This document shows positions 38,036 to 50,500 of a stretch of 64,000 nt of DNA, one piece after another. A program made the translations under genes and the position numbers. The notes beneath the pieces are model-generated. The model was not told the DNA's origin and ran no database searches. It saw only the letters and a list, made by a program, of their open reading frames with translations. This DNA comes from Phoronis australis (Eukaryota > Animalia > Phoronida): contig NMRA01000118.1 of the NCBI GenBank assembly GCA_002633005.1, forward strand, positions 24,032 to 88,031, read 5' to 3'. Every line of letters begins with the position of its first letter. The stretch's first letter is position 1.

Positions 38036-38972
38036 AGAGTATTCAGTGTCGCTGTTTCTCACCCCCGCTGGTGTCAGGGTCTTTGGTCCTGATTGTATCA
38101 GGAAAGAGTCAAGAACGTTGATTCGCTGATTACTTAAATGGGAGAAGAGTCGTCCCAAGCTGTACGGGCTTAACTGGTCTTCGATATACAGGCTTGGGAT
38201 GGGTCCAGATTGTGGCGAAATCGCACAAGTCTTCACGAGTATCTTCATGGTCAGTTACAAGGAAAGCACGAGGTCGCACCAGCCTTCACTCGGGAGTATC
38301 TTAATTTACGTAACGGGCCACTGGCCAGTGTGCTGGCAAATACCACTTACTTCGTATACATCTGCCTAGTGGGAATTTTGTTTGCGTTGGGTCTGCCTAA
38401 TGTCAGGGTTGATTTCGGAGTACGTGTTCATCATTCGTTATTATGTTGCAGTATGCGGCAAGAGGGTCCGCAAAACGTGTCATATTGCTAATGTAGTCGC
38501 ATGTGCAACTAGGGTCAACTGTGAGCAGCTATTAGTCAATTGAATATTGGATATGCCACTCTTAAGCAGTCTGGGTACAAAAACGTCTAGTTCTGATGTT
38601 AAAGACCGGTGAAGTTGACAAAGACTTCTTCACGGACATATTTTTGTCTGTTTAATGTCTATGCCTGCTGTCGGACAATTCTTCAGTGGCCGATTAAATC
38701 CCAATCACGAGGTGTCATTCCGCCTACAAGGCAACGAACTCAAAATCGTACGCAATGCGTCTTGTCAGATATGTTTGACTTTGAACATTTCAGTAAATTG
38801 CTGCTTTCCTACAAATATGCCGTAGTAGCATATTCGTCGTAAAATTTAGATCCATGCCAATGTATTTATTTTGTTCACTTATAAATGTGCTCGTCTAAAG
38901 TATGCGGTAAATGGATTTTTGTATAATGAACATTTTACCTTCAAGTAATTCTTTGCATGCATAGCTCATAGT

Positions 38973-39122
38973 CAGTGCTGTAGTGGTAAGATTAGAGGTA
39001 AGTAAGCGCCCAAAGCCCACCGTATCACCTCGAGCACTGAAAGTAACTTAGTAGGCGCTACGTTCAGATGCCAAAAGGTGGTTGGCTACGCCTTCGTGCG
39101 CCTACGCCCCACTACAGCACTG
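38973..39122. mobile_element. 150-bp hAT-type MITE with 8-bp TSD
   Basis: Perfect 14-bp TIR CAGTGCTGTAGTGG / CCACTACAGCACTG; flanks ctcatagt / ctcataga (7 of 8). Confidence 0.88.
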
Positions 39123-39163
39123 CTCATAGAATGTTTTTTATTCGTTAATTTTATTTGAATTTG

Positions 39164-39474
39164 GAAATAGCCGCGCCGAATTGAAATTCAATATCCCACC
39201 AGACGGCGAGCATGTCTTTGGTGGAAAGGCGGTCAGCGCCACCTACAGATCCCATGTAATGCGGACGGGTTTCAACATATATGGTACAAACAGCGCCTTA
39301 ACACCTTTCCTGCTATCGTAACGCCGGCAAATTACCACTGCTGTGCGGTGGAACGTACTAGTGCCTTACGAAAAAATCTGTTGAAATCTCAATGTATGAA
39401 CAAGGACATCAAGCTCCATACATTTCCCACTGCGAAGAAGAATCATGCGGCAAAGCACGGCCAGTGGCTGCGGC
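39164..39474 (+). mobile_element. Interspersed element of about 310 bp, copy 1 (copy 2 at 62210-62510)
   Basis: Colinear blocks gaaatagccg, tatccc(a/g)ccagacgg, cagcgc(c/t)acctacag, tggtacaaacag, acacctttcctgctatc, gtggctgcg; short imperfect terminal inverted repeat. Confidence 0.85.
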
Positions 39475-39516
39475 ACACATTCCTGTGAATGTGCTGATTT
39501 TGGGCAAGTTTAAATA

Positions 39517-39662
39517 CCATGGGCGGCGCAGCACTGAAAAAAGTGGGGGGCTAAAGCCCCCTGAGCCCTCCTGTGGTGCACCACCTATAGACCATGTGCG
39601 GCGTAGCACTGAAAAAAGTGGGGGGCTACAGCCCCCCAGCCCCCTATGGTGCGCCGCCCATG
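39517..39662. mobile_element. Tandem dimer of a hAT-like mini-MITE of about 70-77 bp
   Basis: catgggcggcgca ... tgcgccgcccatg termini; internal gcactgaaaaaagtgggggg..gcccc repeated twice. Confidence 0.8.
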
Positions 39663-40948
39663 AATATTGGCGATTTCCACAAGTTCTAGTTGAGCCGACT
39701 CGGGGACGAGACGGTCTCGCCAATTCGTGACTGTACTCCTCAGTGACTAATGTATGCGATTTTCCCCGTGCATGCACATGTACATATTCGCTACTCAAGG
39801 CGTGGAGACCTGTAGGCCCCTACAGTAGTCTTATCGCATGTTTCAGTTGCCTGTCATGTCAAAAATCCTTAAAAAATCACAAAAAACGCGATTTTTCCTC
39901 TCAAAAGATATTTATAATTTGCTACAACAGCGCTTAATTGCACACGGAGATTTCACTTATCGTATTTGCAAATAAGAATTTCAAGTGTCGTTTTCCTCAT
40001 TTTTGTTTGTTCAAATGAATGTGTATAAGTATCAGCTTGTAATTATAGACTATACATGTCGGGATTGCAGTTGTTCATAGCGATTTCTAATACACACCAT
40101 AAAGTATTTTAAGAACTACAGCGCCATTTCGTCGCAAACAACATTTATTTTTCGTGAAATATTTGCACACTTGACTCGCCATAAATTGTTTACAGCTTTT
40201 TCCAATGTGTTATATGACTTTGACAATTCATCTCAATATTTCCTAAGAAAGTTGTTAATCAATATTTCCTAAGAAAGCTGTTATGTACATTTTAAAAGAA
40301 CATTTGTTTCAATTCTGACACTTTCGAAAACTTATTTCACTCGTGACGATATTGTATTACCCACGACACTCAGCATGCCTGCTGGTTTCCACACCATGTT
40401 ATTTCTCTCTCTCTCTCACCAATGCCCTGTACTTTGGGAAGTAGTTTATTACACCAACTAATGAGTGAATATAGAAATACAGATACAACTCAAATACATC
40501 AAATAAGTAGTATTAACCATATTAAAACATATTTATAGCAAAAATACCAACTTGGCTGAACTACAATAAAGTTTTCTCGACTTAGATACTCGCAAGTATC
40601 ATGTATGAATGAGAGAAAAGTGGGCTTAGCTTTTAGCATCCGCTGTTTGTATATTATACATTGCCAAACAGAAATTAATAGTTTCCAAAGATGGCAGGCC
40701 CCGAATGTTAAGGAAAGTCGGATTTCACACTTAAGCTTATTAATTACTCTAAACAATGCCAAAAATCTTCAAACAAATGAACGTTCCCACTAAACGTACT
40801 AGACTTTTCTTTCTCACGGTCACACATAGCGAAGAGCACAAAGGTGACTAATGAACACCGGGTAAAAAACTTATACAAAATTAATCAATAATTGTTTTCA
40901 TGATAAACTGGACTGACTGCGTAGGGATTTTGCCAGATCCTTAAAAAC

Positions 40949-43900
40949 TTAGATAAACATCTTTTCAGAATTTCTTGGCACTTTAGTCAATTTTTGTCGT
41001 AATAAAATAGCATTTTTCGTTGCAGAACTTAATGTGATGTTATCGCGATTAGCCGCTGTCACGTTCTTCGACAACGTGTATGGAGTCTCACCTGTCGAGG
41101 TTTCGTCGACATTTATCTGGAATTGAAACAGATTCTAGTGGAAATTGAATGGATATTAAGTCGAGGTTTTGTGCGCCTAAACATACTAGCACTTAGACAT
41201 TTTCCAGTTTATTTTGAAAACTACTGTCTGGGATTGAAGCCATTTGAGAGTGACTAAAGTTGAAAGCAACAGTACATCTTAGAATACATTCCGTACTTTT
41301 TCTGTTTCTACGTGACCATGGAAATTGCAATATTGTGTAAAGTGCACACTGTAACACATGCTGTTCCTAAACACTTATAACTAATGAGTGCACACGTGGA
41401 CACACAGCGATAGTGTGGTGGTGGTGGTCAGGCAACCAGGCTTTTGTGATTGAGTATCATAGGCAAAACACACTAAGTAATCAGCTATAAAATCATAGTA
41501 ATAACGTCTCACCAACAGTGTGACGGAGTTCCTAAACTAACCAAAGTTGTTGTTAATATAAATAACAAGGTGTTTGACAAAAAATAAATGTACTGGTTGT
41601 GTTTTTTCTGATTGCGTTTGCAACTGGCTAATTAAGTGTATCACTCAAATTATATACTATGTATTTTAATGTGCTCGAAACAAATGTCTGAACGAAGCCT
41701 TGTTGAATTAGGTGTTTGACTGGAAAATACTCTCTAGGTGTCGCTACTTTGACTTACCGCTGATGTACAATTAAGTCGTAACAAATTTAGTAGTCCTAAT
41801 TCCCAATTCAAGTGGGTTGTCAGTTTTTTCTTTAATTCAGATTCCATGTTGATTTCGTCCTTTGTCAACTCTGTTTTTGCAGACGACGTTAAGTTACGTA
41901 TCGTCAAAAGTCTGTTTGTGACGTTCATTCTTGTTACTACTGACTTGCCGAAGCCAACTTCTGAGGACGGAGTATTCTGAAAAGTCGGAGATGTCAATGA
42001 TGTCAACAGGTGCTATTTGCTCGGAGACCCATGAGCTAAGAGCATGTGTGCAAATGCGTTGCACCTAACTTAAATTAAGCTGTTCACTGTTTAAACACAA
42101 TTATACTGTCAACCATAGTTGAAAGATAGGTGGTTTAAAATGTTTTAAACCAACGACTTGTCAAAAATTACATTTAGAAGATGTCCACCCTGCCAAGTTA
42201 TACCTTGGTAACATAAACGGTTTCTCAATGCTAATAAGACTGATCTGTTACCAAGAATCAAATTCATGAATATTTTTTTAAAGTGCTTAAAACCACCATT
42301 TACCTTATTTCGACAAATGAACACAATGCCACATCATAAAACCTTCCTCTACAGCACTTCTCTAAAAATATCAGCACAGCCTCGGATATCGCTTCCTAGG
42401 TTCTCACTCACTAGTAAGACCGAGCTCAAAGGAGTAGGAGGAACCTCTGTGCAATACTCGATTGTGTGCCAGTGAAGCCATGATTCGAATCCGGGTCTCT
42501 CCACTGAGCCTTTATAGCACTGCGTATCAAAATCGTAAATCCATTGTCCCCCAAAACGAGAAAATAGAAAAAAGCGACTGCAACTGAAAGTTTTTTAGCT
42601 CCACGGACATAAGTGTCACGTATGAACGTACCCAACTCCATTGTGTCGTGTCCAACAACACGTGAGTTTCCTATATAGACTTGTACCATATTTGCGCTTC
42701 TGCGGTGCCCAGCGGGAAAGTGGAAAGAGTCGCAGCGGGGTCAATTACTAATTGCCACTGCCACCATAAACGAAACGCCTCGCACTTCCTTATTATACCA
42801 TAAACCACAGGAAAACCAGCAGCGACATCTGATGAGTTTTCACACAAAACACATTGGAGGGTGACTAGTGCTGTGATTGGTTGTTACAATTTTACGTAGT
42901 ATGTTTTGACCAATAGATGCCCGTAACTCGAAATCAGCTAACAAACATATCGTCACATAGTTTTGGGATGTTCCAGTTTGATGGCTCATCGACTGGAGGG
43001 TTGCTTTTAGTTTTTGTTTTCAATGTGAAATTGGTGATTTTAAGCACTTTAAGTGTTGATGGTAGACCCGTAAAAATACGTATTTTTAAAACCCTTAATG
43101 ATTACAGATTTATGTTATACATATACGCACAAAAATAATGCACTTGTGGCTTTGTTTTTGTTCTAAAAATCTTGATTGTTCAGGGAAATCGCTTTTATCT
43201 CGAACATGAAGTTTTTGCACAAAACTTGAAAACTATGTTTTTGTTTATTCTAGTAGCTACAAACTATTATCTGGGGTTTTCTTTCAAGGACTCTTATTTC
43301 GAAAACTCGGCTGTCAAAAAACGAAAATGTCACCATTCCAGTAAAAAGGACAGTATTTTTTGACAGCTGAGTTTGATAGAGATTCATAATTTGTTGGAAA
43401 TAACATAACAGATCGAAAGATTAGACATTCGAATATTGATCGGCTGAACGGAGATTCTAACCAGTCCAATGAGCTGACGGCCTGCAGTAAATGGAACGAA
43501 AACGCTTTCAAAGCTTTCAAATCATTTTCATTGCACCATACGCAACAAGAAGTACCCAATTATACGCGCTGACGTTACATACCTGTTGAGGGGGGTCAAC
43601 CCTTTTCCCTGCCTGCAACAGAAAATGTATTTATCAAAAGTTTGTTAAAATCAGAAGCAATTTCATCAACAAAGTTGTGAAGTTTGCCGAATACCCAGCG
43701 GCAAGCATCCAGTAATTTGTTAAGCATAAGAGGGACCTGCTTTCACCATGTGTCCTGAATATTTGACGGAAAACACGTGATTACGGTTGTTATCACAGCA
43801 TTTCTCGCACGACTTTCTTTTTGTCGTTAAACCAGGACTAGTTCTTCATGTCACCTGAGTGTTTCGTGCATCGATTTCGTTTTACCAGGAAATTTTGATT

Positions 43901-46900
43901 TATTTTTATTTTCACTATCCCATGTTTTTCTTATAACACCAATTCTGAACTTTCCTCACCAAATCTTCATATACGTACTTTGTGCCGCAGAGAAACACTT
44001 TACACATTTAAAAGAATGTAGCTTCGTCTGCAGTGCTTCTTTGTAGACGACAAAGATATTTTTGAAAAGCCAATACCTTACATACTTTTTGGTAATTAAC
44101 ACATTTTAGCACATGTTGAACGCGAGTGTTTCAAATTGGTGGTTTTCAAAACGCAGTTACCTAGTAAAATCCAATACACAAATGGCGATGGAAGGACACG
44201 ACAGTTGTGCGAAATGAAACAAGAGTGCTGTATAACGAGTTGGCGATGTATTCAAATTGTTTTAAGAATTACGTTACTCATGTGGTGCCCTCTATTGGAT
44301 GCATTTTTCTGTAGAATATTTTTGAAGTAATCCATAACTCGACAGGTCATCCCTGTTGGTATCCTTTCTATAACATCGCGGTTCGCCCTGTTCAGTTCAC
44401 AGACATTTCCTCTTCCACCCTGTTCAGACTTCAGCCTTAAATTATTACCCCATAACAAATCGCCGCGAGGGACCAGATCCAAAGAATATGGTGGCCAGAC
44501 GGTAAGATCAGACGCAAAGCTCGCAGTACGAGACGTGGCTCCATCCTACAGAAACCAAACTTTAAGACCAGTAGTGTACCTCAACCTAGTCTCCATAGAC
44601 TTCTTAACATTTCAACATACCGATCAGACGTCACAGCAACGCTGTTGCCTTCTTCCTCGAAGGTAAAATGCGCTTCTTCCCTGAACGGGTGGATGACGGT
44701 ATCTTCAGGAACCATTTCAAGAATTTACTTTGAAGCACTCCATTCTCTTTTTCTAAACGTTTGATGTCAACATTGCAACTCATTGTGCAACATCAGATAT
44801 TTAAATGACATTAGAATCACAAATGATAAACGTGTTTTGATGTAAAAAGTGATAAACACGGAAGCAGGTTCACACGTGGTCTAGAGGTGTGCAGCATTGT
44901 GGGTATATAAGAAGAATCAGAGAGGCGTTTTCGTATTTCAGGACGTATCTATTCTGTGGTGGTATGGGGTTCATGAATGTCAATACAATCAAGAAATTCA
45001 AATTTTCAACTTCAATTCCTGATCGAGTTACATTTTAGAACCGAGAGCTGAGTACTGCACTGCACAGCACGGTTTTATATCAAAGGTCGTAAGCCTAGCT
45101 ATAACTAAAACTCCTGTCACACAGAAGACACGACCGGGTTACAACGGACTTGGAAATGAAATTTTGACGAATCTCAGGACCTCACGATTGATCGTACTAC
45201 CAACTCTACAACTAGTATAAATTTGGCAAGTTCTAAGGTCCAGCTTCAAATAGTAGAATTGTAGTATTTTCTTTCTCTGTACATCCATGTCTTCTGTAAG
45301 CATTTCACTTTCTTCCACACTATTTGCTGCCGATAACTGAACACTTTCAAAACATTCAGTGGCTGCATGGTGCTGGCCTTTGCCACGACCTTTTCAGGCA
45401 TATCGCCCTATACGCTGTGCATTACAGGAAATCTGTATTGTGTTTTTGAAATCTGAAGTTTTCAGCAGCTGCGCTGTTGTAAAACTTTTGATAATACTTT
45501 CCGTATAAGACCCTGACTTCCTACTAGCGTGCGTTCACCCGATGTACACGTCGTTGAAATATATCTTGCATTGAAATAACACTGTTTTAAGAAAACAGGT
45601 GGTCAAAATTGAGTCGCAAAATAGCTGATATACGAAGTGAAGGTTCACGGTTTCAGACACATGGGTTACGCTTGAAACGTTAAGAGGATTCCTTTCCGTG
45701 GATCGCATCAAGGTATTAAGATTAGATGAGGCTGAATTGTTTAGTTTTGAGAATATTTGTTCATCAATTGGAGCTGTCTTTCTAAAATACTTTGAACCAC
45801 GACAGTCAAGCTTGATAAAGTTGTCTGTCTAGTGTGTTTAAGTACATTCATCTTATAAAAATTTAGCGCCACATTGAGAGTCTCGTTTCTACGACATTTG
45901 TAACTAAAACAGCGTATGACATTGTAAAATAGACCTGGCATTACTTACGCTTATACGTAAGCGACACATCTGAAAAAAAAACAAAAATCAATGAAACTGT
46001 GCCAACGTCTACACAGTAGTACAAAATAATACAACCAGTTGAAATCATATTGTGTTGACGTAAACATCGTTCCAACATCCTCCGACCAGAAGGTCGATCG
46101 GACGTATGATGCGCCGCCTGAAAATCTTCTCATGTGAACGTTTTTCAGAACGCTTATCAACTTTAATTCGAAAACATATCAATTTCTATGATACTATTAA
46201 TAAAAATTTGAAAATAAGTACGACAACAACTTTTATTTCAAACAATAACCAAAACAATGCCTCCTGCTTCATGAATGGCGGCAACAACGCCTGTTGGAAT
46301 AATTAAAAGCTAACTTTGTTTTAATGTCCACGCAGTGGGCAATCATTGCGCAGAATGTATTTCCCATAACCAGGCCTCAAATGGCTAAACCGATCAGCGG
46401 CATCTTGAGGCTTGGGAACGAAACTGGTGAGAGTTGCGAAGACAATGTACAAAAGTTTGACTAATTCGCACTGCCGATAATAATAGATAATATAAAAATG
46501 AGTACTGATTGGTTTCAATCGGATTACAAGCTTCAATTCCGTGTTTTCTCTCCCGCACTAAGCCAGACCATTTTGTAACCTTCCGTGATGAACCGTCAAT
46601 TGCCGTTATCAATTCGTAATTCATCGGGTTATTCCGCATCATAGTTGACCTTGAACCAGCTCACGTGACTCACTTAGGAGATACGCCGCATGGGACTTTT
46701 GGAAAGACTTTTGTGTTTGATAGTAAAATTTGTTGCGAACTCGTTGGAGCAGGAGGTTTTCAATGCTATCAAAAGAACAATTGCTCATGATTTGTTGAAT
46801 CCCTGTTTTGTGTAAATTTATTGAGGTTTGTATTTGATATGGACGGCTGAAGTGAAGCAACGTGGAAATCCTGGTCCCGAGTGTCATACCTTGTAGTATT

Positions 46901-47506
46901 ATGTATTTTGGACAATCAGAAGCTGAAGACGCCTGTATCACAGTCCAGGACTAATTTGTAGGAATTATCTCGGTAATTAGTGACATGTGTGTATTTTCGG
47001 AGACTGTTCTTCTGCTCAAGTGAGATTTAATTATTTTTTAAGCATAACAACGTTTTGCTTAAGTCTTAAGTCACCGTCATAAAACAGTCCACAGTGCCAG
47101 GTTGCATGAAATTAAGTTCACTAAAGCTTTTGCGTATTTGTGTCGTTCTTTATTCACAGATGTAATCTTTTACTATCATTTTGATTTTATTGTGAGTTCC
47201 TCTTTCACTAAATACATTTTCTAATAATTAAAGCCTGAGCCCTTAGATCAATAAAACAAATATCGACTTTGTCCTTAAACTGGAGGCGTTACATGAAAAG
47301 ATCCCTAATTATTTCCAGTAACATTGAGAATTTATCGAAGGATTCACTCGCTCTTTGTATCCAAGTAAAAAATTGACTTAGTAATGAAACCACAGCAGCA
47401 TAAAAAAGTCAACCAGTGGTTTCACTAGTCCACAAATACGCAGTAAATTTAGGAACTTAGTTGAGTCCCTAATTATGACTGTTTCATGCAACTGGGCACC
47501 GAGGGC

Positions 47507-47576
<70 letters not shown>

Positions 47577-50500
47577 TGTGTTTTAAGCCGTTGGTCAGCC
47601 TTAATATTGATGTGCAAAACGATAACATTCTGACCAATTACATGTGACCAGAGCAGAGGCTAATTACAACTTACGTCACTGGAATGTAGGCTTCTCATGG
47701 CCGTCTGATTTGGGAAAGGGTGGAAAGAAGGCAGAACAGATGATATATGTGAATTTTTGAAGGCGAATAAGAAAACCCACTTGATAGTACAGCATTTGAA
47801 CACAGTGCATACAAATTAAACACCACTGTTTTCAAACAATAAAGTTGTTAAATTATGTAAATGCAACATTTCTGCCAACTCTTCGTGTTGTTGCAGGTGA
47901 TAAGTTAAAGCAGTTTTCACCAGTGCACTTAGTTAAAAAAGACAACCTCACATTCATCACGTTGCTTGGTGATACTAGGATAATATAGTTAACGCGTGGA
48001 TACTTACCCGTGGAAACGTCTGATAAGCAGCATGGGAAATAAAAAGGGGATTAGCGGTGATACAGTTGTGCAGAAGAAGCTGCGTGGCCACTGTGTACAA
48101 TAAATCTTGCAGTATCAGAGCTTTTAATGAAGACAAAGTCTATAGCGAATTTGAACGATTTCTGAAGTCAATACATTACATCATCGGAAACGAACAACTG
48201 CGCCAGTAGATGTTTCCTGAATTCGTAAACACGAACGAGGAAGCTTTTAATTTTTTTGAATAAAATAGTCGGCGTCTTTTTGAATGTGACAAGCCACATT
48301 ACTACTTTTATTAGCATCGCAATGTAATTGCAGGTAACAGGCCTTTAGGTAACAGGCCTGTAGTTGACATTGAAAACAGTTGCTATTTGAATAATTGCAC
48401 ACAAAAATAAGAACTTCGATGTCATTGTTCAAATTGCAAGTGTTGCAACAACACTGAAACTATGTATGTATCATGACGTTCATAGAAAAATTCAAACCAT
48501 GGGCAATGAGGAAACAAGATATTTTTGAAGATCTGACTCTGCATGCCAAAACTTTGACAACACGACATCTGCGTTAGATGTGCTGCCCATGAGCAAATCA
48601 AAATTCACTGGGTGGCGGTTGTGAGACAACCCCTATATCTCTATGGTCTTAGCTGAGCCGCGTACCATAACCCAAGGCACTCGCCAGATCTTCTATTGCT
48701 TCATTTCATTCTTCTAATCGTTTCAGTAGTGGCCCTGAACTGCTATTCAACGCTGGTAAGGTCTTGAGTTAACTTGAGAACCTATCGGAGTGATTTTTGC
48801 GTCGTCTTGCGTGACCTCGCCAAAAAGCAATATCCCTACTTCTGTAAAAGGATTTTCCGCCCACCCTCTATCATAAACGGTACTAGAAGCTTTGCTGATC
48901 GTCTTCATAAATTTTGTAGCGAGGCACCCTGCCGTATTGAAAGCTACTAGAGCGTGACACTTGTCACGCCAATACAACACTAAAACTTATTCCCAAATTT
49001 AGACGTTTCAGGAGCCTTATGGCTTTTTCGTGCTAAAATTGTGAAACATTCCTTATTGTTTAAGTGTAATTGAATCTGATTGAGCCCTTCCATAATCAAA
49101 GTAAGCCCAGTGGCAATTACTTAGTGTAAAAGTCAAGGCAGTAATAATCTACAGGCAATGTATCATATGTCCACTTTTTTCTGATCTCTGTGAAGTTTAA
49201 TTTGAAAATACACCAATAATCATAATGATCGTTCTCTAGTAATTAACAGAGTCCTTTCTTCATTAACGCAGTTTTTTCTCATGAGCTGTTTTCTTAAACA
49301 TCGCAATTCAGTTGTTATGACTCTTTTCGCTTCCCATCAACCGATTTGAATATATCGTGATGACAATTCCTTTTCCATGAACCGAGTTCTTTTCTTATGT
49401 ACAGCAGCATGAATCGGTATTCTACATACAACCTTCGTACCTGTTCATTCAATTATAAAATAAAAGGCAATCATACAGCACATTTGCCACTCTCAAACTA
49501 TTAATGACAAAGATTCATACAAAGATTCATCTACAAAATGTATTTCTTCAGCACACCTCAAAATGTAAAGTTTGAGATGGAACTCGTTTCGCCCTTGGCG
49601 TAATCAGTACGACGGCGTCCTCTTCCGGCAGTTGGGAGTCCGAGTAAAATCTCCCATGCCGGAGACACGTTAACTTCTTACTCACTCTATGTACTTAAAA
49701 GGACGTGTTGTAGCATTTTTGCACAAATTTACGTCTTTTGGTGTGAGTCAATCTCGGTTTGTTGACGACTAAAGCGTCCTTTAACCCGGAAGTAAATGAA
49801 CCGGAAATCATAGAAGCCCGCGATTAGGGATAACTGTTCGAGAGGAAAGAACGCTGCTCGTAGGAATTGAAATGCGGTCAACAAGAAAAGAACTGAGTCA
49901 GTAAGATCTAAATAGCGGCAAGAATTACAGCTCGTACGAAAACATGCAATGAGAACTGGAAATGAGGGTAAAAGACCGAAACGTCCAGACAAATGCACGT
50001 AGCAGAGAAAGTCGCATTACTCTGTCATTCATGCTTGGTATTTGGTCCAAGTTGGTGTCCACAGACAGCGTCCCCAGCCACCACTGTTTCACTTGTCTGG
50101 TCATCTAACTTAACTTTGTACCCAGAAGGACCGGTGATTCCCCACATATTGTGCACAACGACATATAGCAATAGATATGTACAATATAAAGTCGTGCGGA
50201 AAATGACGAATTGTATCGAACGAGCGTAGGTTCAAGCATGTACAATGACAATAAAATAACTTGCATGGAAAGGTGTAATATTCCAACCTTTCACTGTTTT
50301 AGTGATTTGTCTTAAAGTAGTATGAAAAAGCAACAGTCTACATCATCGGAGCATTTACTTTTTCTGATGGCACGTTTAGGACTTGGCCTACAGGCGAAAT
50401 GATATCTATTGGAGGCGCGCATTGTTTGTGGTGACCCTTGTAGGCTTGGTCTCTTTGAAATTCAGCCAAGCGTGAAATGAACTGTCAGTCCAATTAGTGG

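Noticed and set aside
41050-41112. Partial matches to miR-210 (gtgacagcggcta) and miR-981 (tgtcgacgaaacct) on the - strand
   Set aside because: Seed regions do not match and there is no convincing precursor hairpin.
45200-45410. Minus-strand open stretch resembling a coiled-coil transposon protein tail
   Set aside because: Similarity too vague; no diagnostic motif.
46889-46921. 12-nt match to the miR-219 5' end, and a possible 33-nt exon
   Set aside because: The 3' half diverges, the hairpin is poor, and the acceptor lacks a pyrimidine tract.
47378-47617. ORF with (TH)n repeat
   Set aside because: Translation of the (TG)n microsatellite.
48727-48755. Plus-strand 29-nt exon-like segment with good acceptor and gtaagg donor
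   Set aside because: Isolated, not a multiple of 3, no partner exons; it also shows that such patterns can arise by chance.
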